This document shows, one piece after another, positions 1 to 7,764 of a DNA stretch of 33,691 bases (positions are counted from its first letter, which is position 1; the number at the start of each line of letters is the position of its first letter). Position numbers and translations under genes: made by a program. The DNA is from Fimbriimonadaceae bacterium (GTDB lineage Bacteria; Armatimonadota; Fimbriimonadia; Fimbriimonadales; Fimbriimonadaceae), in contig DATGIR010000503.1 in the NCBI GenBank assembly GCA_035295605.1, positions 1-33,691 of the forward strand, read 5' to 3'. A model generated the notes under the pieces. That model saw nothing but the letters and a program-made list of their open reading frames with translations. It had not been told where the DNA came from and did no database searches.

Positions 1-1600
1 CGACGCCGGTGCCGAGCGACTTGCTCATGCGCCGGCCATCCTCGGTGAGCACGGTCGCATAAATCATCACGTGGCCGAACGGCTTGGCGCCGGCGAGGTC
101 GAGACCCATCATCGACATACGGGCCACCCAAAGGTTGATGATGTTGCGATCGGTGATCAGCAGGCTGGTTGGGTAGCGCTGCTTTAGGTCGTCGGTTTGC
201 TTGGGCCACCCGAGAGTTGCGAACGGCCACAGGCCGGACGAAAACCAGGTGTCGAGCACGTCCTCGTCTTGGCCCACGATCGGAGCGCCCGCTTTCTTGG
301 CGGCGTCCTGCACGTTCCGCGCCGCCACCGCGGTATCGTCGGCGGTGTAGAAGACCGGGATTCGGTGGCCCCACCAAAGCTGGCGGCTCAAGCACCACTC
401 CCGGATGTTCTTCATCCACTCGATAAAGATCGCGTCGTACCGCTCGGGGAAGAATTTGATCTCACCTTGCTCGACCGCTTCGATCACGGGTCCGGCGAGG
501 GCGGCCTGGTCGCAGAACCACTGCTCGCTCAGCAGAGGTTCGATGACCTCGCCGCTTCGCTCGCTCACGGTCAGGTTCATCTCGTGCTCTTCGACCTTCA
601 CGAGGAAGCCCTGCTCCTCGAGGTCGGCGACCACGCGCTTGCGGGCCTCCAAGCGATCCAGGCCCGCGTAGGCGCCGCCGTCCGCGGTGACGCGGGCGCG
701 TTCGTCGAGAAGGACAGGCATCGGGAGGCTATGACGCACGCCCACTTGATAGTCGTTAGGGTCGTGGGCGGGCGTGATTTTCACGGCGCCCGAGCCGAAG
801 GCGGGATCCGGGTAGATGTCCTCGATCAGGGGGATCTCCCGGTTCATCAGCGGCAGAATCAGGGTCTTGCCGACCTTGCCGGAATATCGCTTGTCGCTCG
901 GATGGACGGCGACGGCGACGTCGGCGAGCATCGTTTCGGGGCGGGTGGTCGCGATAGTGACGTCCCCAGATCCGTCGGCGAAGGGATAGCGGATGTAGTA
1001 GAGCTTGCCCTTCACAGTTCGCCGCTCGGTTTCGATATCGGACACGCTGGTCTGCAGCACCGGGTCCCAGTTCACAACGCGTTTGCCACGAAAGATCAGG
1101 CCGCGCTCAAACCAGGCAATGAAGACGTCGAGTACTGCCTGGTGATAGGCGTCATCGAGGGTGAACCGGCTCCGGCTCCAATCGAACGCGCAACCGAGCT
1201 GGCGGAACTGATGCAGGATCGTATCGCCGGAAAGCTTGCGCCACTCCCACACCCGCTCGATAAACTTCTCGCGGCCGATTTGGGCTCCACTTGAGCCCTC
1301 CTTTCGAAGCTGACGCTCGACCACGCTCTGAGTCGCGATTCCAGCGTGATCCTGCCCGGGAAGGATGAGGACGCTGTCGCCGCGAAGGCGGCGGTATCGC
1401 CCAACCGCATCCTGCAGCGGGTAGCAGAGGGCATGGCCCATGTGCAGGGAGCCGGTTATGTTCGGCGGGGGGATCGTGACCGTGAAGCGAGGCTTGTTGG
1501 GGTCGGCATCAGGCTGAAAGAGCCCGGCCGCCTCCCAGGCGGCGTACCATTTAGCTTCGGTGGCGGGCGCGTCGTAGCGCGTCGGCATGTCGATATTCAT
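1..1600 (-). CDS. valS: valyl-tRNA synthetase, N-terminal ~533 codons (rest of the gene lies beyond the window start)
   Basis: Minus-strand frame is open from the window edge to ATG at 1600, so it is not in the ORF track. Hand translation starts MNIDMPTRYDAPATEAKWYAAWE. It contains the class-I HIGH region (PPPNITGSLHMGHA), TRPETMLADVAVAVHP, WCLSRQLWWGHRIP and a KMSKS-type loop (RMSKSLGTGV). GGAG lies 7 nt upstream of the ATG. Confidence 0.9.
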   Translation of the reverse strand, partial: MNIDMPTRYDAPATEAKWYAAWEAAGLFQPDADPNKPRFTVTIPPPNITGSLHMGHALCYPLQDAVGRYRRLRGDSVLILPGQDHAGIATQSVVERQLRKEGSSGAQIGREKFIERVWEWRKLSGDTILHQFRQLGCAFDWSRSRFTLDDAYHQAVLDVFIAWFERGLIFRGKRVVNWDPVLQTSVSDIETERRTVKGKLYYIRYPFADGSGDVTIATTRPETMLADVAVAVHPSDKRYSGKVGKTLILPLMNREIPLIEDIYPDPAFGSGAVKITPAHDPNDYQVGVRHSLPMPVLLDERARVTADGGAYAGLDRLEARKRVVADLEEQGFLVKVEEHEMNLTVSERSGEVIEPLLSEQWFCDQAALAGPVIEAVEQGEIKFFPERYDAIFIEWMKNIREWCLSRQLWWGHRIPVFYTADDTAVAARNVQDAAKKAGAPIVGQDEDVLDTWFSSGLWPFATLGWPKQTDDLKQRYPTSLLITDRNIINLWVARMSMMGLDLAGAKPFGHVMIYATVLTEDGRRMSKSLGTGV

Positions 1601-1637
1601 TTATCCGCTCCTTGCCTTTATGTCGTAAAGGCTGGAG

Positions 1638-2639
1638 CTATTCTACCGATGTTTCACGTGAAACATCTTTCCGGGTGAAGAGGTCGCGGAGGACCTGTTC
1701 GATCTCGACCTCTTCAATCTGGACGTCTTCGACCGGCAGCGCGGCAAGAACCGCCCCGGCTTTGGCTGCCGTCTCGATCCGCGGGACCTCGAGGGTCCCG
1801 CTCTCGCCGTCAAATTCGACGACTGCCCCAAACCTGGCGAGCGCCGCCTGCTCGACCGGCGCCGAAAAGACGAGCTTGATGCGCCGGGTCTCCTGATACT
1901 CGGAGGCAAGACCGTGGAGCGTCCCCTCGTAAACAGCGGAACCGTGATCGATCACCACCACCCGGTCGCACAGCTCCTCGACGTCCTGCATGTAGTGGCT
2001 CGTGAGCAGCACCGTGCAGTTGTCTTCGCGATGAAGTTGTTTTATGAAATCGCGAATGCGCTTTTGGCTCACGACGTCCAGGCCAAGGGTGGGCTCATCC
2101 AAGAACACGACTTCGGGTGAATGGAGCAAAGCTGCTACCAATTCGCACTTCATGCGCTCTCCTAGGGACAATTTGCGCACCTGGACGTTTATCTTGTCGC
2201 CGATGTCGAGCGCGTCGACGAGGAAGTCGGTGCGTCGTTTGAAGCTCGCGGGGTCCACTTCGTACACCTCTTTGAGCACGAGGAAGGAGTCCCACGCGGG
2301 CAAGTCCCACCAGAGTTGCATCTTGTTGCCCATCACGAGGGAGATGCGCCGAAGCATGGCGGGATCACGCTTCCACGGCGTATAGCCCAGCACGGACACT
2401 TCGCCTGAGGTGGGGAAGAGAATGCCGCTAAGCATTTTCAGCGTGGTCGTCTTTCCGGCGCCGTTCGGGCCGAGAAACCCGACCATTTCACCCTGCTCGA
2501 GGCAGAGATCGATCCCCTTGACCGCTTCTACTTCAACTCGCTCGGGTGAGAAGAGAGCCTTAACGGCCCCCCACGATCCGGGCGTTCTCTTGGTCGAAAC
2601 GTAGACCTTCCGCAGTTGATGGGTTTGAACCGCCGGCAT
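1638..2639 (-). CDS. ABC transporter ATP-binding protein (ABC-2-associated type, no adjacent permease)
   Basis: Track ORF 1638..2699. Walker A GPNGAGKTT, signature LSLGERMK, Walker B VVFLDEPTLGLD. Start placed at ATG 2639 (MPAVQTHQLRKVY), a typical N-terminus for this ATPase type; the track start at 2699 is a TTG. Confidence 0.85.
   Translation of the reverse strand: MPAVQTHQLRKVYVSTKRTPGSWGAVKALFSPERVEVEAVKGIDLCLEQGEMVGFLGPNGAGKTTTLKMLSGILFPTSGEVSVLGYTPWKRDPAMLRRISLVMGNKMQLWWDLPAWDSFLVLKEVYEVDPASFKRRTDFLVDALDIGDKINVQVRKLSLGERMKCELVAALLHSPEVVFLDEPTLGLDVVSQKRIRDFIKQLHREDNCTVLLTSHYMQDVEELCDRVVVIDHGSAVYEGTLHGLASEYQETRRIKLVFSAPVEQAALARFGAVVEFDGESGTLEVPRIETAAKAGAVLAALPVEDVQIEEVEIEQVLRDLFTRKDVSRETSVE
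1648..1667. repeat. perfect 20-bp palindrome GATGTTTCACGTGAAACATC (function unassigned)
   Basis: Read directly; the sequence equals its own reverse complement. It lies in the last codons of the ABC ATPase gene and 48-67 nt upstream of the valS ATG. Confidence 0.9.
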
Positions 2640-3471
2640 GAAATTGATGAAGCAACGATGGACCGAAGTAGACGATGAGGGCGATGGGCATGGCTGCAAA
2701 CAACACGCTGTCGATGCGATCGAGCAAGCCGCCGTGACCGGGAAGAAGCCTACCGCTATCCTTCACGCCGGCGCGCCGCTTCAGATAGCTCTGAAATAGA
2801 TCCCCTGCCTGTCCCAGAACTCCGGCAGCAACGCCGCAGGGGAGAGAGATGGCCAAGGGCAACTTCAGCCACACACCTATTCCCCAGGCCGCAAGAATGG
2901 CGGCAGCGAGGTTGCCGATCCCGCCCTCGACCGTCTTTCCGGGCGATAGCTTGGAAAGTTGGTGCTTGCCGAGGAGCTTGCCGACGAAGATCGCGGCGGT
3001 ATCGCCCGCCCACACCGGCACGAGTGCGATGAGGGCCGGGGTGTCGAACCGCAAGGCAGGGACCAGGCGCAAGGGAATGTACGTCGTGTGCAGCTCGTGA
3101 AGCACGACGATCGCGAGCAAGGGCATCGAAACCCAGAGGCCCCCAACATCAACAACAGACGAAGTCACCTTCTTGTTTCTTGCGCACAAACCAATTACGA
3201 GCGTACCAAGAAGGAACAGGAGGGCGGAAATCAACAGGAAGTCGGGAAGTTGGCGCGATCTAGCGAGGAAGACTGAGTAGAACGGCAGGGCTAGGCTGGC
3301 GAGGGTCAGCACCGGGAGAACTCGGCTCTGGCCGAACATTTGGGCCAGCTCATAAACGCCGATAGCCGCCAGGGCCATGGCGGCTATCGAAATCGGGATC
3401 GGGCTCGTCGAGCCTACGATCAGGAGGGCGAGCGGGATCAGGACGGCAGCCGTCGCGATCCGTTGCTTCAA
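2560..3471 (-). CDS. cdsA: phosphatidate cytidylyltransferase (CDP-diglyceride synthase)
   Basis: Polytopic membrane protein with the family signature SYLKRRAGVKDSGRLLPGHGGLLDRIDSVLF. N-terminus MKQRIATAAVLIPLALL; TTG start. Confidence 0.9.
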   Translation of the reverse strand: MKQRIATAAVLIPLALLIVGSTSPIPISIAAMALAAIGVYELAQMFGQSRVLPVLTLASLALPFYSVFLARSRQLPDFLLISALLFLLGTLVIGLCARNKKVTSSVVDVGGLWVSMPLLAIVVLHELHTTYIPLRLVPALRFDTPALIALVPVWAGDTAAIFVGKLLGKHQLSKLSPGKTVEGGIGNLAAAILAAWGIGVWLKLPLAISLPCGVAAGVLGQAGDLFQSYLKRRAGVKDSGRLLPGHGGLLDRIDSVLFAAMPIALIVYFGPSLLHQFHAGGSNPSTAEGLRFDQENARIVGGR

Positions 3472-4049
3472 GAAGCGGGTGCGTCTTCTACTTGGCCTTG
3501 GGAAAGCTGCAACGCAACCTGTACGCGGTTATCGCATCGCAGTTTCCGCATCACAACGCTCGCCAAGTTCTTGATGCTTTGCTCGCGGAGCTGCAAACGA
3601 GTCGCGATTTCGCGGTTCGGCAGGCCTTGGGCGATCAAACGCGCCACGTCATGCTCGCGCGGGGTGAGCCGGCCGCCGTAGGCGGTTCGGCCACGGCCAT
3701 ACGAGCGGCCTCCGACGAGCGACTCGCGCAGCCGACGAATCAAGACGTCCTTACCCATGCTCCGAGCGATCACCAGATCGACCAGCTTCGGGTTCGGATC
3801 TTCCTTCTGAGCGATCGCAATGACCTTCACGCCGAGGGCTCGAATTCCCGGCAACAGCGTAGCGTCGGCGGGCTTGATGTCGTCGAAGTCGATCAATACG
3901 GTCGAGGCGCCGGTCTGGCGCGCCGCCACGAGACAGGCTTCGAGATCGGCCGCCGATGCGACGATGTTGATCGGGCCTTCGCGTTCGATGAGGGCGCCTA
4001 AGCCCTCCCGAAGCAAGGGGTCGTGAATGGCAATTGCGAGTCCGCTCAT
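3468..4049 (-). CDS. NarL/FixJ (LuxR)-family response regulator with an atypical receiver
   Basis: C-terminal GerE/LuxR HTH (LTPREHDVARLIAQGLPNREIATRLQLREQSIKNLASVVMRKL). N-terminal CheY-like fold with Asp in VLIDFDD. Its stop overlaps the cdsA start (TTGA). Confidence 0.8.
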   Translation of the reverse strand: MSGLAIAIHDPLLREGLGALIEREGPINIVASAADLEACLVAARQTGASTVLIDFDDIKPADATLLPGIRALGVKVIAIAQKEDPNPKLVDLVIARSMGKDVLIRRLRESLVGGRSYGRGRTAYGGRLTPREHDVARLIAQGLPNREIATRLQLREQSIKNLASVVMRKLRCDNRVQVALQLSQGQVEDAPAS

Positions 4050-4196
4050 TTTTTAATCTGTTGCTCCAAGTGTGACGCGCGCTGCGATGCTCTCAACGGC
4101 TCGCATGGGGCGCATAATCTCCCAACGTCAGCGCTCAATCACGCGTGTACTTCGATACTACTGCGTTCTTGGGGTCTCGTGCAACGTTCCCACGCC

Positions 4197-4234
4197 AAAA
4201 AAGCGGAAGGCTCGCAATAATGCAAGCCTTCCGC
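4197..4234 (-). terminator. rho-independent terminator of the PKD-protein gene
   Basis: 14-bp stem with one mismatch (GCGGAAGGCTCGCA / TGCAAGCCTTCCGC) and an ATAA loop. On the minus strand it is followed by TTTTTT (A-run 4197-4202). It lies 34 nt after the stop at 4268. Confidence 0.75.
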
Positions 4235-4267
4235 GCTAGGCGTGGTCCGAAGGACCCAGCAGTCGCC

Positions 4268-5353
4268 CTAGTTGACTTTCGCGGTTATCGTTGTCTTGTA
4301 CGGCTGCTTCAAGCCGAAGTAATCGCTGATGACAAGAGTGATCGTGTACGTGTCGGGCTTCACAAATTTGTGCTTGATCGCCTGACCTGTAGCATCCGGC
4401 AAACCGGACGTGTCCGCTGAGAAGTACCACTCGTATTTCAGCATCGAAGCACCCGCATAGCCGGAAGCGCTTAGCGTTACCTCATCCCCTTCGGCGAGGT
4501 TCATGTCATGGACGCTCGGCTCACCGGTGATCGGGGTGCTATCGACGATCGTTCGTACGTCGCCAAGCCAAACACTCGTCGTCGCATCGCCGGAGACGGC
4601 GATCTCGCTGATCGTCTTGTTGGTTCGGCTGAACCCGGCGATCGCCTGAAGCGGAATCCCGAGCTGCCGCCAACCGTTCGATCCGGTGCTGATGTCGGCG
4701 GGGACGTAAGCCTCGCTTTTGAGACCGTCGGTCGTCGAGATGACGAGACGGAGGACCTTCAGCGTGGTGGTATCCACGGTCTTCATTCCGCCGCCGGCGC
4801 CACCCAGACTCGGGCCGCCCGAGCCGGGAGGGCCAAAACCGCCCGGAGGGCCACCAACGCCCGGAGGGCCACCGCCTACGCCAGGAGGAGGTCCCTGCGG
4901 CCGGCCGCCCTGACCTCGGCCGCCTCCGGGTCCAGGGAGCGGCGGGACTCCCGGAGGTCCGCCGCCCTTGCCGCTGGCGCCAGGGCCGCTGCCGGCGCCG
5001 CCGATTGAAGGCGCGCCCGGTCCCTTGCCTGCTCCACTCCTCGAGGTGGAGGTGTTGTCGGCCACCCTGAACGTGATTTGGAGCAGCGAGTTCTTGTCCG
5101 GAAACTCCTTGGAAAGGTCAGGGTTCCCGCCAAAGAAGATCTGGCCGCCCGAAAAGAGGTTATTCGTGGAGACGCGGATCGAGGTCGTGCCCTCGAAGGC
5201 ATACTCGTCGGTTTCCTCGATCGTGCCGCTTCCCCATCGGTGAACCGAGATCTGCTGATCTTTCAGGCTCTTCGCCGGAGAGTACAGCACCGTTTCCGCC
5301 GAGGCGAACCCGATTGCGCCCAGCGCAAGAATCAAGGTTGAAATCGTTTTCAT
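4268..5353 (-). CDS. secreted protein: signal peptide, beta-sandwich-like module interrupted by a Gly/Pro low-complexity segment, C-terminal PKD domain
   Basis: N-terminal MKTISTLILALGAIGFASA signal. About 87 aa of G/P-rich sequence (aa ~103-189). C-terminal PKD-like motif (YEWYFSADTSG...KHKFVKPDTYTITLVISD). Confidence 0.75.
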   Translation of the reverse strand: MKTISTLILALGAIGFASAETVLYSPAKSLKDQQISVHRWGSGTIEETDEYAFEGTTSIRVSTNNLFSGGQIFFGGNPDLSKEFPDKNSLLQITFRVADNTSTSRSGAGKGPGAPSIGGAGSGPGASGKGGGPPGVPPLPGPGGGRGQGGRPQGPPPGVGGGPPGVGGPPGGFGPPGSGGPSLGGAGGGMKTVDTTTLKVLRLVISTTDGLKSEAYVPADISTGSNGWRQLGIPLQAIAGFSRTNKTISEIAVSGDATTSVWLGDVRTIVDSTPITGEPSVHDMNLAEGDEVTLSASGYAGASMLKYEWYFSADTSGLPDATGQAIKHKFVKPDTYTITLVISDYFGLKQPYKTTITAKVN

Positions 5354-5387
5354 TCAAGTCTCCGAACCGGACGCTTGGAATGTCCGG

Positions 5388-6164
5388 TCAACTATCCGGG
5401 CGCACCCGTCTAATTGCCGTCGCGCGACCCGTTAATCTTTCGACGTCCAATACCACCCCGGAGATTACACCCATCGCGTCGGCAACTTCGAATCGGGCCG
5501 GCATTCCCGTTTTGAAGCGGGCCAGGACGATCTCCTTGCTCATGCCGAGCACGCTCTCGTACGGGCCGGTCATCCCCACATCGGTGATGGCGGCGGTGCC
5601 TCCGGGCAGAATCCGTTCGTCGGCGGTCGGAACGTGCGTATGGGTTCCAATCACGGCCGTTGCGCGCCCATCCAAGTGCCAGGCCATCGCAATCTTCTCG
5701 CTGGTCGCCTCGGCGTGAAAGTCGATGAGGCGATGGGGCGTCACCACGCCTTCGAGAAGCTGGTCGACGGCGCGGAAGGGGTCGTCGTAAGCATCCATGA
5801 AGACCCGGCCGCACAGGTTGGCGACAAAGAGCGTCACGCCGTCCTTGGTCAGTTCGAGCGAGCCCCGGCCGGGATTCCCAGCGGGCATGTTGGCGGGCCT
5901 GACGATCGCCGCCTCCGTGTTCAGATACGGAAAGATCTCACGCTTGTTGTACGCATGGTTTCCGAGGGTGATGGCATCGACACCGAGACCGAAAATGGAC
6001 TGGGCGATGTCAGGGGTGATCCCTACGCCGCCGGCTGCGTTTTCGCCGTTCACGAGCGTGAACAGCGGAGTCAGCTCCTGCTTGAGCCGGGGCAGATCGC
6101 GCTGCAAGGCATCGCGCCCCGGACGACCAACGACGTCACCCAGAAAGAGAATCCGATAGGACAT
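5388..6164 (-). CDS. ymdB: YmdB-family metallophosphoesterase (2',3'-cyclic-nucleotide phosphodiesterase family)
   Basis: MSYRILFLGDVVGRPGR...VNGENAAGGVGIT...TLGNH...IDFHAEATSEK...GTHTHVPT motif series. It sits immediately downstream of rny, as in Bacillus. Confidence 0.85.
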   Translation of the reverse strand: MSYRILFLGDVVGRPGRDALQRDLPRLKQELTPLFTLVNGENAAGGVGITPDIAQSIFGLGVDAITLGNHAYNKREIFPYLNTEAAIVRPANMPAGNPGRGSLELTKDGVTLFVANLCGRVFMDAYDDPFRAVDQLLEGVVTPHRLIDFHAEATSEKIAMAWHLDGRATAVIGTHTHVPTADERILPGGTAAITDVGMTGPYESVLGMSKEIVLARFKTGMPARFEVADAMGVISGVVLDVERLTGRATAIRRVRPDS

Positions 6165-6167
6165 GGG

Positions 6168-7703
6168 TTACTTGGCGACGTCGGTCACCCGGGTCTCACG
6201 GATGACGGTCACCTTTATTTGACCCGGAAACTCCAGATCCGCCTCGATCCGCCTCGCCACGTCTTTGGCGAGCCGCCCGGCGGCAAGATCGTCGATCTCC
6301 TGCGGGCGTACGATGAGCCGGATTTCGCGGCCGGCTTGAACCGCGTAACTGCGCTCGACACCCGCGAAAGAGTTGGCGATTGACTCGAGGTCGCTCAGAC
6401 GCTTGATGTAGTTCTCCAGCGCCTCGCGCCGGGCGCCCGGCCGCGCCGCGGAGACGGTATCGGCGACGATCACGATCACCGACTCGGCAGATGTAGGCTC
6501 GATGTCGTGGTGGTGCGCCCCGACCGCGAGGAGGACGGCGTCCTTCTCTCCGAATTCGCGCAAGTAGTTCATGCCGGCGATGGCGTGCGGCCCCTCCCAC
6601 TCTTCGGTGAGTGCTTTGCCGATGTCGTGCAGGAAGCCGGCGCGCTTGGCAATCTCGACGTTGAAGCCCAACTCCGCGGCAAGGCCGGCCGCCATTCGGG
6701 CGACCTCGACGGAGTGGTCGAGCACGTTTTGCGCGTAACTGGTGCGGAAGCGAAGGCGGCCCATCGCCTCGATAACCCGGGGAGCGAGCCCGGAGACGTT
6801 CGCCCGTTCGGCGGCGCGTTCGCCGGATTCGCGAATCGTACGCGAAACCTCGGTCTGGGCGGCCTCGTACAACTCCTCGATTCGGCCGGGGTGAATGCGG
6901 CCATCGAGCATCAAGTTCATCAGGGTGAGCCGGGCCGTTTCGCGCCGGATTGGATCGAAGCTGGAGATGACGACGGCCTCCGGGGTCTCGTCGATGATCA
7001 GGTCGACGCCCGTCACCTGCTCAAACGAGCGGATGTTGCGCCCTTCCCGGCCGATGATCCGCCCCTTCATATCCTCGCCGGGAAGCTCGACGACGGCGAT
7101 GGTGGCCTCGGTGATGTACTGGACGACGTTGCGTTGAATAACCTCGAGTAGGATCGCTTTCGCACGTCGCTCGGACTCGTGGTACGCCGTCTGCTCCGCG
7201 AGCTTGGCCCGCTCGGCGAGGGAGTCCCTGAATTCGATCTCGACCTCGCGCAGGAGCTGATCCTTTGCTTGGTCCTTGCTGAGCTTGGCTACGCGCTGGA
7301 GTTCGTCCTGGATTTGTGCCGCTCTTCGCTCGACCGCGCTCCGGTGCTCGGCAAGCGCGCGCTGCTCGGAGAGCACCAGATTCTCGCGCTCGGTGAGGCT
7401 CTCACGCCGAGCCTCCAAGGCCTCTTCCTTCGAACTGAGCTTGTCCTCTTGCTTGGCCAGTGAGGCCTCCTTGGATCGCTGTTCGGTTTCGAATCGCTCC
7501 TTGGCCTCCAAAACCTCACGCTTCGCGTCCAGGATCGCCGCATTCACGGAGAGCTCGGACTCCTTCTTCAACTGTTCCCGAAGGGCCTCGTTGGCCTGAC
7601 GCTCTTGCTGGCGCGAAGGGCGCAGGAGAGCGACGTACACGAGGCCGGTGAGGGCGATGCCCGTCGAAACCGCCTCCAGGACGAATTTGATCCCTGCCGT
7701 CAT
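6168..7703 (-). CDS. rny: ribonuclease Y
   Basis: N-terminal TM helix and a long charged coiled coil. KH domain (GRIIGREGRNIRSFEQVTGVDLIID). HD domain (HSVEVARMAAGLAAELG...FLHDIGKA). Confidence 0.92.
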   Translation of the reverse strand: MTAGIKFVLEAVSTGIALTGLVYVALLRPSRQQERQANEALREQLKKESELSVNAAILDAKREVLEAKERFETEQRSKEASLAKQEDKLSSKEEALEARRESLTERENLVLSEQRALAEHRSAVERRAAQIQDELQRVAKLSKDQAKDQLLREVEIEFRDSLAERAKLAEQTAYHESERRAKAILLEVIQRNVVQYITEATIAVVELPGEDMKGRIIGREGRNIRSFEQVTGVDLIIDETPEAVVISSFDPIRRETARLTLMNLMLDGRIHPGRIEELYEAAQTEVSRTIRESGERAAERANVSGLAPRVIEAMGRLRFRTSYAQNVLDHSVEVARMAAGLAAELGFNVEIAKRAGFLHDIGKALTEEWEGPHAIAGMNYLREFGEKDAVLLAVGAHHHDIEPTSAESVIVIVADTVSAARPGARREALENYIKRLSDLESIANSFAGVERSYAVQAGREIRLIVRPQEIDDLAAGRLAKDVARRIEADLEFPGQIKVTVIRETRVTDVAK

Positions 7704-7764
7704 TTCAGCCGCCTAACTCATTTTACGTGGCAACCCCGCATAAATCCGCGGGTAGCTTCGATGG

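Noticed and set aside
197-1294. 365-aa + strand ORF in the track
   Set aside because: It is antisense to the clearly conserved valS frame. The composition is Arg/Gly/His/Asp-rich with no motif. This is a typical shadow ORF in GC-rich DNA.
1601-1637. T-box leader upstream of valS
   Set aside because: Only 37 nt separate valS from the preceding gene, which is far too short for a T-box riboswitch. No specifier or T-box sequence is visible.
4787-5047. Collagen-like triple-helix repeat in the G/P-rich segment
   Set aside because: Gly is not held at every third position (for example GVPPLPGPGGGRGQGG), so it does not fit a G-X-Y collagen repeat. It is treated as a disordered low-complexity linker or insert.
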